This document shows, piece after piece, positions 48,130 to 61,813 of a stretch of 64,000 nucleotides of DNA. The stretch comes from Chara braunii (lineage: Eukaryota > Plantae > Charophyceae). The DNA lies in NCBI GenBank assembly GCA_003427395.1, contig BFEA01000018.1, positions 53,604 to 117,603 on the forward strand, in the 5' to 3' direction. The translations under genes and the position numbers were made by a program. The notes beneath the pieces were generated by a model that saw nothing but the letters and a program-made list of their open reading frames with translations, had not been told where the DNA came from and did not search any database. Position 1 is the first letter of the stretch. Each line of letters opens with the position of its first letter.

Positions 48130-49425
48130 GGTATATCAGCAAATCTGGCCTCGTAATCCTACTAGAACAAACCTAGCCCTCCCTGTACCAACCCAAAGAT
48201 GGATGAAACATTTACATATTAGTAAGGCATCTCTCAGGTCAGTACGCTGGACCAGGTTGGGAGGCCTTAAAACCAGCCCTGCAAAGATATCTTCCTTGCA
48301 GTGGCAAATTACCCACCAATGCCTGCCCACCAACGACTGGCTGATTGACAGGAACTGGCTAGAACAGCAGGGCAATGTCCCGTGGTGTAAGTGGTGTATC
48401 TCAGTGTTCCCTTCGCTCAAGATCCCTGAATTAATAGAGCACATAATGTTGCAATGCCCAGGAGTGGTGTGGACCTGGCGCTAATGGGACCAGGTTCGGC
48501 AGCAACTGGGCACAGAAGAGGGGTGACCATGGGACTGGAAGGTGATTCTGGTGGGCCCTTGGCACCCTAAGAATGACAGCACCTTTGTCTCCGACATGTT
48601 TAATGTGGGACCAAGGGCGGTACTCTGGGCACTCTGGTGGCGCTGCTGTGTTCTGGACTCTGGACATGGAGGGGGCATGAGTGGATGGTCCACGACCGTC
48701 ATAACACAACAAGTTTGAGGTCAGGTTGCAATGATAAAGTTAAAGAGAAACTCTCAACATTACACACCCGATTGGAAATACACCAAACCATCAAGAGGTT
48801 CTGTTTGGACTGGCTGGGTGGGGAATAGAGGGGATGGATGGCAGAGGCACCCTGGAAGAGTGGACAGGTGGAGGAGCCGCAGGAGACATTGCTTGTCAGG
48901 GAGTCAGGGACTACACCCTTGTCCGCTTCGACTGGGCTCAGCTTGCTGCCTCATTCCCCATGTGCCCCCTCGCGGATTTTCCCCACCTTTGCCCCCCTCA
49001 TGACATGGCGATGGTTGGATTTAAAATAATATGGGGGCATTGGGGGGAGGTGAATGTACGAATTTACCTCGTCTCCATTTGGGCGCAGTAGGCCTGGAAG
49101 GTGGGCTAGTGCAGTGTGATTTCATTTGGCGACCCGAGGGGTTGAAGAGCTTCCCCAGGGCTGCAAGCAAAGGCAACGGCCTGAGGCACCGGCGGTCAAT
49201 CCCCTGATGACAGGCCAATCAATGCCTCTGGGTGCATGCTTCATAAACCCTGTAACTGTGTGGCTTTCTAGGGATGCTGGACCCAGTTTCCAGCAGGTGC
49301 TGCTCCCCACCAGTAGACAGGGGCCCATGGCAAGGATTACTACTGGGGGACCCTCATATCAACCCCAACAGTAACTCGTGCCATTGCCTTTAAAATAAAA
49401 TAAAAAAAATAATAAAAAAAAAGAG
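48130..49425 (+). mobile_element. 3' fragment of a LINE family A relative with tail motif and A-rich end
   Basis: SLQWQITHQCLPTNDWL...CKWC...IEHIMLQC; tail motif at 49271-49391. Confidence 0.9.
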
Positions 49426-49544
49426 TTAAAAAAAGTTTTTAAAACCTCAAATAAAAGTTTTTTTTTTGACAACTCTGGATATTTTCTTTTTTTTTTAAAC
49501 GAACAAATCTTTTTATATATAAGGGCCCAGTGCCCAAGGCAGAA

Positions 49545-49920
49545 CAAGATAGAAAGCAAAAAGCCATATTCAGGGGCCGGCAGGTCTCCAATCCTACTCT
49601 ATGAGGCGGAGCCCCTCCCCTGTGTTGTCATCAGACATAAATGAAGAGAATAAGTGAGGTATCCAAAGAGACTATATTACTACGCCTATTAATTGAAACT
49701 ACAGAAAGGGATGAAAAACTGAAGAAAGAAAGCTTTTTCTAAAAACTATCTCATTCTAGGGACTGCAAAAAAGGACCAAGTTAAGATAGAAAGCAAAGAG
49801 CCATATTCAGGGGCCGGCAGGTCTCCAATCCAACTCTATGAGGCGGAGCATCCTCCCCTGTGTTTGTTATCAGACATAAATGAAGAGAGTAAGTGAGGTA
49901 TCCAAAGAAACTACATTACT
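49545..49920 (+). repeat. Direct repeat, ~138 bp x2, in a probable minus-strand retroposon tail
   Basis: AAGATAGAAAGCAAA.AGCCATATTCAGGGGCCGGCAGG... at about 49546 and 49783. Confidence 0.8.
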
Positions 49921-50244
49921 ATATTTTCAGTTGCGTGCGTATGCAAGCATTGGCATGCCTGCACGTGGGCGAGTGCCGCGAGTAAGCATCCTGGTCTCTT
50001 ACTTCTTGCACCAACTTCCACCCCTTCATCTTCTCTTTTTTTTTTTTTCTTTTTTTTTTTTGCAACCTTTCTTCTTGAAATTCCTACCCTCTGGGCGCTC
50101 TGCTCTTGTGGGGCACTGGTTGCACACATTGCCAAGCTGGTTGGAGGTTGGACCAAGGTGTGTGGGAGGTGATACCCCACACAGCTTGACTGATCATGAT
50201 GATCCCCCAACTGTTCAAATCTTCCGGCCATCTTATATATTCTT

Positions 50245-50630
50245 GAAAGGGGTCACCGTGAGTTTGGTTGTGGCACAAACAAGCTTCGAAAGGGCAACAA
50301 AATCACACGTGTACAACAAACTCGTTCGCCGACTCCGCAGAGTTTGAAAGGGCAACAACAGCATTTTTACCTGGGCGACGAGTTTGAAAAGGGCAACAAC
50401 CTCACGCACCAAGTTTGTAAAGGGCAACAAAATCACACTGGGGCCACAGCCATTTTTACCGATATTGCCCTTTTCAAACTCCACACCAGATTTTGCTGCC
50501 CACACGTGTTTTTTTTGCCCTTTTGAAACCGAAAGTGTGACACTGCCGGATCTGTTTCTTGGGGGTAAGTTCGGTTGAGGCACAAACAAGTTTGGAAAGG
50601 GCAACAAAATCACACGTGGGCAACAAAAAT
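50245..50630. repeat. Array of AAAGGGCAACAA motifs (MULE-like terminal repeats)
   Basis: At least five direct copies plus inverted TTGCCCTTT copies. Confidence 0.55.
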
Positions 50631-50894
50631 CTGAAAATTCCTCCTTTCTCTCAGCCCCTTCCTTTCCAAACCAGCTGCCTCTCCTCTCCCTATGCCGGCC
50701 ATCCGCCACATTCCCCATGATAAACATAACCCTCCCGTTCCTTCTAACTCTCTCTTCGATCTTCACTGCAATGCTGCACGAACTGCGGGTTGCCTTGATG
50801 AAGTTGATCTGTTTGTGAATTTGGTGTGCTGGTTGAGCACCTTGGGGCCTGGGCACATTTCTTTGCGAAGTTATCGTAACGGTTGTCATTGGAC

Positions 50895-52699
50895 TTTTTT
50901 TTTTTTTTTTTTTTTTTTTTCCCGAAACAGACCCTCCAGTGATAGCTATGCTGGGAAAAGCAGACATCGCTACCACCTGGGGAAAGGCTCCATCTATTGG
51001 TGGGGAGCGTCACCTGCTGGAAACTGGGTCCAGCGTCCCTGATGAGAAAGATACAGTTGAAGTGCCATCAGACAACAACATGGGACAGAAAAACTGTAGG
51101 AACAGCCTGCCAGTATTGATTGCCCTGGAGGCCAGGGGATTGACTGAGTAGGGCGGAAAAGGGTGGAGCCTCTTCACCAAAATCTCGGCGCCAGAATCCT
51201 ACAATTACTTGCTAGCTCCCTTTTTCCCCTAACTAAGAAATTCTCTGTCCTGTGAGAAGTTCGCCGAGAACTCTTGCTACTCAGAATCCCTACCATACCA
51301 AGACAAAGGAACCAATGCATTCTGGGGTACTGGGAAGAGACTTGGGAAATCGTTGGCGGGGCGTAGGGGGATTGAGGGGTCCACCTGAGTCCATTCATTA
51401 AATATCAACTTATAATTCCTATTGAGGACTTGTTCTTCCTCTGTCTCCGCATCCTCCCATTCTACCCTCCTTATTTTTCCCCCTTTCCCCCCCCCCAGCC
51501 AGTTACTGCTGAATTGTTGGATTTTTTTAGAAACTTCTTTTTTGGATGAGTTGAATTGAATTGTTTCTTGACCATTTATCCTGGATGTGAGTTTGAATCT
51601 GTTGTTTGATCGTATCAAAAAACTCTGGACCATCTAACCTCACGTTCTCCCATTCATAAGTGTTCCTTCTTTGCCAAATGGCCGAAAATACCGCTCTCCT
51701 TCCCAGGGAGAAAAGATTCTGGGTGAAGTTGTCCTCTGGTTCAGGGGACCAGTGTTCCAGTAAGATTGCTTTCCATCCCCATGACCACTCATGTTCTGTT
51801 TCTAATTGTTCCCAGATTCGGTCCCACCAGCACCATAGCCAAATGGAACCAAGGCATTCCAGAAAGATGTGTTCGATTGTTTCCGGTATCTTCCTACTTG
51901 GGTACGCAGATTTGCAGAGTTTACACCAAGGGTCCGCCATACCTTTTTTTTCCCGGGAGGATCTATCTATTAACCAGTCACTTGTGGGAAGGCAGCAGTG
52001 TTCTATCTGCCATTGAAGGGAGGCAATCTTTGAAGGCTTAATTTTAGAATCCTTGAATGATTTGATGTTTCTGAGATCTTCCTTGTTAATTTTTAGGTGT
52101 TTCATCCATCTCTCTACTACGTTTTCTTTCAGGTTGAGCCTGGGTCTTAGCATCCGGTAAGTCGATTTAACCAAGAGAGTATGAAGGAATCTGCAGAGGT
52201 TCCTATTGGCCTTGTTTCTTGTTCCCCACGACCAGTATACCAGATCATCGTCCCAAATATCCTTGTTCCTAGTTACCCCTCTCCTAATCCAGTTCTTCCA
52301 AGGGGCATCATTACAATGTAATGTGGTGCCTTGATGATCCCTGATCCATGTGTTGTTGAAGAGTGGTTGTTGGTTAATTTCCTCCCACCTATGGGGAAAA
52401 TGTTTCTCTGGTATAGGTAGTTTCCTCCAGGTCTTGAGGATGGTAGGCCAGAAAGAGTCATTAATGATATCCTTCCTCGCTGCCTCCCTGCCGGTCATTA
52501 GGCTTGGATCTACCTCTTTGGTCAAACCTCTGGGAATCGGCCATTCCCTATTTTCCAGCCATATGGCAGGGTCTATGTCCTCACTTGTCTGGGGAGCCAG
52601 TCTTCTCAGCTGTTCCCATGCCAGGCCGTTCCATGAAGTTTGAGGATTGAAAAGTAATCTCTTCACCCATTGGATTGAGAGCGCCATGACCTGGAGACA
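50895..52699 (-). mobile_element. 5'-truncated LINE family A insertion
   Basis: Poly(T) at 50895-50920; 13-bp TSD GTTGTCATTGGAC (50882-50894, 52700-52712); ORF2 C-terminus with zinc finger. Confidence 0.95.
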
Positions 52700-53325
52700 G
52701 TTGTCATTGGACTGTGTTCCTATCCTCCCACGGCGTTGCTTCGTCTGTGGATTGAAAAGCGGATCAGTTGTCACATGATTGATTGCACAAACTATTTGTC
52801 ACTTCTGTGTGTGAAATTCTTCGGCGTGTGGATGTTTTTATGGAGTAGTCTGTACTGAGTACTTGGTAATGAGTCCCTGGTCAACCCAGGCCCTCCATAG
52901 TGATAATGAGAAGGTCGACGGTGCCGCCGCCAGTAGGGGAACTGGAGGGCGGCAGTCACGAATCGATGGCAGAGGGCGCAGCCTCTCTGCAACTGGATTT
53001 CTGGAAGTGCCGACCTAAGCTTGAACTCTGCTGAGAGATGCATGGTGAAATATTATCTGAAAGTTGTCTAGAAACCAACGGCCTTAGCTCAGTTGGTACA
53101 CCCACAAACTGTTGAAATGCAGACCTGAGTTCGAATCCAGATGGAAGTTCATGGAACCAGATGAACAAAATTTCTGAATTACATGGGGCCGGTCAGATGC
53201 TAAAAAGGAAAGTTGTCGAAAAGTGTAGTCGTTTCCGATTCTAATGGGTGATCGTTGTCGAGCAGCCAAGGTGCAAGGGAACATGTAGGCTGGTGAGCGT
53301 GCGCGCGATTGGTTTGTGGGAGTGA

Positions 53326-53537
53326 TTGGTGATTCACATAAAGTTGTTGTGTGAATATTTGCCTGCTTGCATGGTGTCTTCCAACCGCACCATGCCTGTG
53401 CTCCAATGTGACCCTTGTGTGCAATATCAGTTGGTGATTCACATAGAGTTGTTGTGTGAATATGTGTCTGCTTGCATGGTGTCTTCCAACCGCACCATGC
53501 CTGTGCTCCAATGTGACCCTTGTGCGCAATATCAGTT
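53326..53537 (+). repeat. Tandem duplication, 105 bp x2
   Basis: TTGGTGATTCACATA.AGTTGTTGTGTGAATAT...GCAATATCAG occurs twice. Confidence 0.9.
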
Positions 53538-54116
53538 ATCTGGACTTTCTGTAACAGTTGCCTATAGAGATAGTTTGTACTGCGATGAGTGCGACGCAAA
53601 CGTGAGTGCAGTTAAAACTCTTAACCATACAGGGCGATTCACTTATATGTTCCTCGTAATGCTTGCCACGTCGAAGGCCATGGTCTTGTGCTTTTCCCCC
53701 AGAATCCCATATCATCATCCCTAAGGTTTATTCAGATCTAACTATCCTCCGGACACATGGTTTGCTTTGCATACCATGTGGACCCTTTGGTTTAAGTGTC
53801 TGGTGCCAACAGGGGTGCGCTTGCATTTACCTAAACATTGCGGCCTTGAGGTCCTGTTTGCCTTTTCTCCCCTCTCCTTTGCCAAACAACAAGAGATAAC
53901 CCTGTTTTTTTTTCCTTTTGTCTTATGAAATCACCTTCAAGCAGACAGGGGAAGTTTCGGCTTTGTCCAGGGACTTCCCCACCCAAAATCCACCACTACG
54001 ACCCCCAGGCCTCCTCTAGTAGAGGTCGCTGACTTTTTTCGAAAAAAAAGAGAAAAAAGGGTGGGGGGGGGTCCGAGGGGGGGGGGGCTGAGAGATCAGA
54101 AACAGCCCTTGCAGGG

Positions 54117-57100
54117 ATGGAACGGGGGCTCGCTGAGAGAACAGAAACGACTTGGGCAGGCAAGGCGGTTGGGATAGCGCTATCAGTTGGCCCGATGGAG
54201 CAGGGGAAGGAGGTGGTGGTAGTACTGGGGGAGCGGGAACCTGGGAGTTCTGCAGAAACCTCACTGGTACAACAGGGACAGCCAGGACATAGAGAACAGC
54301 GTCTGACACAAGGGGGTACGGGGCAGACAAGCGAGACAGACACAAACACACACCGGACATGGGCAAATAGGCTTAAAAGACCTTTCTTAGGAAAATCGTT
54401 AGTCATCCAGCGGGAGATTGGTGCATCGGGTGAGAGGACACAACACATCCCATTAGACAATGTATCATCTGCACGGGCATTCTTCCTTACCAAGCTCCTC
54501 TGTGCCCTGGAAACTGTGGTTGTTGATCAAGGGGGGAAGAAAACGATGGTGAGAAATTATCCAAAAAACGGCCTGGGGGTCAACGACAACATATATCTTA
54601 GGCATGCAAACACCTGGGTTTTCTATGACGACTCCGCCTATAAATCCACGAATGACAAAATCAGATGGATTAGGCATCGTCTAGAAGCCCTGAAGCGGGA
54701 CGGACAAGCAGCTGAGGATGCCTTTCTGATTCATCCCATCTCCCCCACGACATTCATTGTCCTATCAATGCACGAGAAGGATAAACAAACGATTGATGGT
54801 TGGAAGAGTCTGAGATGTGAGCGATCGGAAGTGAAGATCTACCCCTGGATGCCCCCCAAGCAGCCTGGCCTGGAGGAACGACGACAAAAGATGATGTCTG
54901 ACCATTTCTGGGTGGAATTCAGACACATCCTTGTCGAGATCCAGACCAGTTTTCTGCATGAACTGGGCCAAAAGTACAGAATCATCGAACCACTGCCCCC
55001 CTTTGTCACACAGCGGGATGACTATCTTATGCTAGGTTTGGATATCCGGGAGTCTCACCCCTTCTCGTTGGATGATGTGATCTTATTCAGAATTAAAGAT
55101 AAGGAATACATGATCCATACAACGCACAAGCTGCGGCCATGGTGCGCCAAATGCAAAGCCTATGACCATTTGTGCACAGAGGAACTATGCCCATCCCACC
55201 CTCACAAATCAATAAGGGTAACTGGTCGGTTGCAGAGAGACCCGTTTAATACTGCTCGTTGGTACCCGGTGGACTCAGGCCATGAGGGGTGGGCTTATTT
55301 GGAAGAAACGGACAGCAAAGGGAAAACGAGAGGGTGGGTCTGGGAAAAGCAAGGGGAACCCAAGTGGGATGCACGTCCCCCTGACTCCTGGGCCCCTCCT
55401 AAGACACTAGAGACTAAACTGAAGGAGTTGAAGACAAAAGGACATCAGGAAAGCGAGGGAGGTATTACGGACCATGACAGAAGGGAAGGGGAGGGAGGGG
55501 AAGAGTGGACCCTGGTGCGTCCTAAGCGAAAGAGATTGGGGCCTCGACCAACCAAAGACACCGCACCCTCAGCCAGACCCGCCAAACCAACTAAGACACA
55601 GCAATCGAGGGACAAACGGGAAAACTTGAAAAGCACTGAACCCCCAAAAGAAAGGCAGGCGGAAAAGGCACTTTTTCCGCCTCGTGGGGAAAAAGGGAAG
55701 CAGGTGATCTCATCACCGGGATCAAAAGAAACAGCAAGGGGGTGGTTAATGTTACAGAGCCCGGGACCCGGGACGTCAGGTATAGAGACGGACAACCAGA
55801 AGGAACCCGAGGGGTTAACGTAACAGAGCCCGGGACCCGGGACGTTAGGTATAGAGACGGACTGCGAGAAGGAACCCGAGGAACAAAAGGGGCAGGTGGC
55901 GGAAGAAGGTGGAGAGAAGAAAGAAAGGACCCCTTCCAGGACGCTTTTGGCTTGGCTCCTATGGAGGTGGAGAACCCCCAAACGACGGAAATAACCATGG
56001 AGGAAGCAAAAGAGTTTCCCCCCCCACCTGATCTCATTATGATGGATGCAGAGATGACGGATGGTCAGCCAGAGGAACAGGCTCCCTTGCACACTAAAAT
56101 GGAATCATTGGCGAACTGGTTGCTTCAGAGTTTACAAGACCGACATCCCGGCTTCGATACGGAGTTCTGGGACTCCACATTTTTGGAGTTGGTCCCGATG
56201 CTGGAAGGGAGTGACACACTCAAGTCGGCACTAAAGCATGGGCCCCCCGAGGTGGACAATGGCCTGAGATCTTGCAGCGAGTGTACAGCATCGTGGTGAG
56301 ACGCTTTTGTCCCTCGAACCCCGACCACAAATCACACCCCCCCCCAGCTGGGGACATAGTGTCAATACATCTAGACGAGTCAGAGACGGGAGAAGGGAAT
56401 GGGGGGCTTGCCCCCCAACAGGTTCCCTCATCTGCAACAGTGACAGTCTAACAGAGATTGCCCACAACCCCTCCCCCTCTCAACAACGACCGCTACCAAA
56501 AGATGAACCTCCCGACCTGGGGAGAAGCAAGTCCGAACAAGGGCAAGGGGGGGTAGGGGGAAGGTACACACGGATACCAGACCCCGCCCGAGGCTCGATG
56601 GGAGAAGGACAAGGGGAGGGTGGGGGAGGGGACATAGGGACAGCCCCGAGCAAGAAGGAACCCTTATCAGACCCAGCTCGAGGATCGGGGGGGGGAACCC
56701 CCTACCCCGACATTACTAGATAAACTAAGCTCCGCAAGTACTTAGAATCAGGGAGATACCTGCAACAACCCTCGTTGAATGGGCTGTTGTTGCTCCCCGT
56801 GCGTAAAAAGGAAGGCAGATGGGAACTTGGGCTGTCCCCTGCTCGCGAAAATGTGAAGTACGGGGAAGTTGCTTTAAAGGGCTTTGATCCCCTCCTCTCA
56901 CTGATGCCTGCACATATGCGGGAAGGCCTCTTAATGGATGATTTNAATCATCACATTCAGAAAAACTTCATACCTGGGGCACAAAGCAAGTCCATGCGCC
57001 CCTTCCCTATGTTGGCTAAGTGGGAGGTTTTCATCCTTATGGACCCGACAAAAGAGGCCGACCTTAAATGGTTCTCACAAACGACCCTTCTAGACCTGCA

Positions 57101-57230
57101 AAGTCTGAAAGTGAAATCGAATAACTTATGGACGGAGGAGGAGGTGCAGACCTGCTTGTGTAGGATTCTCAAAAGCCCGCTACTCACCAATACGACAGAC
57201 CTGGACTCAGTAAGTTGGCAGAGACTGTAG
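54117..57230 (+). pseudogene. LINE A ORF1
   Basis: FWVEFRHI motif and CAKCKAYDHLCTEELC knuckle; frameshifted by an internal tandem duplication at about 55740-55881. Confidence 0.8.
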
Positions 57231-57252
57231 GGGGTAAGGGAGGATTATCAGG

Positions 57253-60200
57253 ATGGATCCGGTCAGATTGTTATATGGAAAATATCCGACCTGGAGTAAG
57301 GGTCTATGTGCAGCAGACTTGGACCTTCGTACACGAAACGTTAACGGGCTGGCGACGGCCACAATCGATAAAAGGCAGGCAATCTCGGAATTGATCAAAG
57401 GGGTCCCCGACAAAGAATGGCCGGATGTGGTGTGTATAAAGGAGACCCATTTACAGGATACTCCAGACCACCACCGGGCACAGCGAATGACATGGCCACA
57501 TCAGGCCTTTAGAGCGGACGCACCAAAACCGGGTAGCGCGGGCGTTGCCATATGGATCCCCCTAAACTCGAGGGCAACACCGGTCCATTGGGTCGCAGAC
57601 CAGCAAGGGGGCAGGTGGGTCTCCATACTTGCGATGTTGGAATTGAAACTCATCTGCATTATATGTGTGTATGCACCAAACCAGGAAAGGAAGAGGCGGA
57701 ATTGTTTTGAGAACCTTCGACAACAGATCCCGACCAGCGTACCGATAATCCTCGCAGGTGATTTCAACGCCGCCCCTGACCGTACACTGGATAGGTGGAG
57801 AATCCCTACCCCCTGCCCCCCATACATAGAGAACGACGAAAAGATAATCGAGGACTTGAACTCCTCGCTTCACCTTTTCGACACCTTCAGGAGAGTCTTC
57901 CCAACCGAAAGAAGATACTCTTGTTTCCGCACGACGGGGGCAGAAACGCAATCCAGGTCCATAATTGACTTGATTCTTATGTCACAGGACCTTGCAGGTG
58001 CTATGCGGTTTGCTTACCTCCTCCCCCGCAGCCCCTTCATGGAGTTGGACCATGCTTTATGCGGGGTCACCCTCACCTTTCGTCAGAAACCGGACCATGG
58101 TCCGAGCTTCTTTAAACTCAACACCTCGCTTTTACACAGACAGGACTTCGTCCACCTGATCCAAGGCCTTTGGTCCTACTGGCACCAGCAGAAAAAACAC
58201 TTCGAATCTGAGGTCACTTTGTTTAACAACGGACTTTTTTTTTCTGGTCAGTAAAAGCAAAGAATTTTCTAAAAACCTGGTTGAAAATGTTACCAAGAGG
58301 AAATGGAGATTCAGTACCAAATTCAGGATCTTCAACAACAAAATCCCACCCTGCAATTACAGAACTTGCAAAATAAACTGCTCGACTTTGCAACTTATAG
58401 ATGGCAAGGCATAAGGATTAGAGGTAAACTCTCCAAACATTTTACGGAAGGAGCCATGGATTCTGATTTCTTTGCCTTAGCAAGAGCCACGGGAAAGAGG
58501 CAAACCATTGAGGCCTTCCTAGACCCCACCGATCCCGAGAAACCACTAGCCACCTCCACATTTCAATGTATGAAGGTGGCCAGAGATTTCTACAAAACCC
58601 TCTTTACTTCACAAACTAAGGACACCAGCATCATCATAAGAGATCGAGCGATTGAAGACTTCCTCAAACCCCTAAACCATTCACTCCTCCAGGAGGAACA
58701 GGAAGCTTTGGACCGTCCTCTCACCAGGGAAGAGATATGGACTGCTCTTATGTAGATGGAGGAGGAGAAGACCCCTGGAGTGGACGGGTTCCCGAAAGAA
58801 TTTTGGGAAACCTTTTGGTCACTGATGGGGGATGACTTGATGTCTTTCTATGAGAAAGTATGGCAGGAAGGAGATATGGGGGAAGCAGTGGGCCAAGGGG
58901 TTCTTACACTGCTATATAAAAAAGGTGACAAGATGAATATTCGAAACTACCGCCCAATCATGTTGTTAACAGTTGTCTATAAAATGATATCTAAAGCACT
59001 GGCGAACCGTATGGCTCCGACATTGGAGCAAATCATCCACCGCTCACAAACTGGTTTTCTCAAAGGGCGGCGTATTTATGACAACATCCTCCAAGTTAAT
59101 GAACCATTACGATTAGCTCGACAGTCTAGGTGCAATGCCGCCTTTATTTTATAGATTTTGAAAAAACATACTACCACGTGGATTGACATTTCTTGGATAA
59201 ATGTTTGGAAAAAATTAGCTTTGGCGAATGTTTTCGGAAATGGGTACGTATTCTCCACCAAAATGTCACCACGTGTGTTCAGGTAAATGACAGCCTCCTA
59301 AATTTTCCGCTACGGAGATCCGTCCGCCAAGGAGACCCGATCGCACCCTACCTTTTCGTGGTAGTACTGGAGGTCTTGGCGGCCAATCTTAGAGCCAGCC
59401 GGAACATCAGTAGAATCAGGGCGGCCTCCATCCCACAAGACGCATTGCAGGTGTGCTCACTCTTTGCCGATGACCTCACCTTGATGGTGGAGGCCTTCGC
59501 TCAAAATATGGAGGAAATTGAAAGATTGATGACCCGTTTTTGCTCCCTCTCTGATATGGCAATCAATTGGGGCAGCAAAACATTGGGGTGGTGGATGCAT
59601 CATGATAGTGGTAGACCCCCGGAGAGCCCAAAGGTGACTTGCCTTCCCCTCAAAACCCCCATTAGAGTCATGGGAATCCAACTCTCAGCGGAAGGAAAAC
59701 CGATTACTAATGATAATTGGATAATGTCTCCGGCCCTGCAAAAGCTGGGAGCTTGGAAGGATAAAAACACATCTCTCTTGGGAATGACCCTAGTCATAAA
59801 TAATGTGGTCCTGGCCGCACTCTGGTGTAAATCAGCAATTTGGCCCTTGACCAGAGAGGCTTCAAAGGCCCTGAGACGGCAGGTAGCAGCCTTCCTATGG
59901 AGACGCAACCACGAAGCCCATCATACCATTAGTCGGGTGGCTTGGGATGCAGTGGTACAACCAAGGTCGCAAGGTGGTTTGGGAATACTCGACCCGACCA
60001 CCCAAACGACCGCCCTTTCACTCCAATGGTTGAAGCGGCTTATCTGCACCCCTGGACTCACCTGAGAGCCCCTGGCCTGGGAACAACTCTCGAGACTAGC
60101 ACCAGAGGCTGCTTTTACCATACACCCAATGACATGGTTAGACGATGTTTTCTGGGCACTTCCCAGACCCTCCACCCGATAACAACCACACTCAGAGAGG

Positions 60201-61813
60201 GCAGCAGCCCGTAAGGATCAGAGGAAAGACGAATTTTGGATCAACCTAATTAAGGACTGGAGGAGGCTCCCGCTTCTGGTTAGGCCATTCCCAGAACGTT
60301 GGGAGGAAGTTTTGCTCCAACCTCTATTTGGAAACCGATGGGTGACAGACTTGCAGGGCAGCAGGGGCAGGTCTTTCTCAGCTCAAGCAGTCTGTGGAAG
60401 GGATGGGTAAGAAACGGGGTCACAAGGGTAGGGGATCTCTGGGACCAAACCAGGGCTAACTGGGTCTCAGAGGAACAATTGAGAATAAAGCTTCCCCACT
60501 GCCAAAAAATAGGTGAGAGGCTAGACCAGATCCTCTTCGCCCCCCCTCTTGCATGGCTGAGGACCCTTCGATGAGGACCAACAGTGATGGCAGGCGACTG
60601 GGTTGCCCTAAGAGGGGATGCAACGCGTGTGGGTCAAGTAATTTTAGACAGACCAAAGGAAGAGCTGGTGAAATTTTTTTATCGTACACAGCACAATGGA
60701 CTGATCAGGGGAGTGCCGGATGAAGCCTTCTGGATTGACGTTGGAATACTCCATAGAGTGAGGGTCCTTCAAGAAGGGGACTCCTAGGTGGTTTTCAGAC
60801 CAGAGGTGCCGATCCAGGACCTCCCTATAGATGCAGCCGAGTGGAGATGGAGGATTCCAATGAGGGATGGCAGACTGAAATACCGTTATCTCCACTCACT
60901 GGGGGTTAAGGCCTCCTAGCGGATGCTAAGGACCGGAATCAACCTAAAGGACCGAATAGTGGATCATTGGGCAAGACATTTAAATATCCCGATGAATTCA
61001 CTGACACCCATTAAATGGTTTAAGGAGATACAATCCAAACCAGCCAAAACCGCCTCACTCCAATGGCAGATCACGCATCGCTGTCTACCCACAAACGCAT
61101 GGCTCATTGACCATACCCACCTAGAACAGAAAGGTGTGGCCCTCCCCTGGTGCCTGGCCTGTAAAGGAGGTTTTCCTGCCCAAAAAGTTAATGAGACAAT
61201 AGAACATCTTTTTCTGCAGTGCCCCGCTTCAATCTTGATTTGGCGGGGGTGGGTTTGCATTTGGAACCAGCTAGGAACAGATAGCAACTGGCCGTGGGAA
61301 TGGAGAGCCTTGCTAACTGGTCATTGGAACGCCCAAACCTCGACCTTCACGGCCACCATGTTCAAGGCCGGGAGGGACGCAGTCCTATGGGCCATATGGC
61401 GGCGCAAATGCATATTGGCACTGGAAGACGCCAATGTGGGGAGCGGCGAGATGATGGACATGATCAAGGACATGATAGAAACAACACTTAGAGCCCAGTG
61501 GAAGAAAACGATGCAAACAATGGTAGCCCTCACCAAAAGATCAGACATTGTACAAAAATTACACAAATTCTGCATGGACTGGCTGGGGGGTGAACAGGGA
61601 GGATGGATAGCAAAGATTCAGTGGGATGGCTGGCACCAGGATGGCAACGATCGGCTGGACACATCGCAGAAAAACTACCGATTGACCCTCCACGATAGGA
61701 CTACAATTCCCAGTAACATCCCGCTCCCCCCTGCCTCTGATTTTCCTGACCTTTTCCCCTTACCCAACAATGCTTTGATGGAATTGAGCTGGTACGGCCA
61801 CGACATAGGGTAA
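57253..61813 (+). pseudogene. LINE A ORF2 (APE endonuclease, RT, zinc finger)
   Basis: NVNGL, ETH, YAP, GDFN, IDLIL, DH; KTPGVDG, YRPI, RQGDP, FADD; CLAC...ETIEHLFLQC; several stops and frameshifts. Confidence 0.95.

Noticed and set aside
49204-49230. Other CTGATGA strings (also about 44790, 45073, 51039, and minus strand 15513, 27578)
   Set aside because: No stem II followed by GAAA, so they are not hammerheads.
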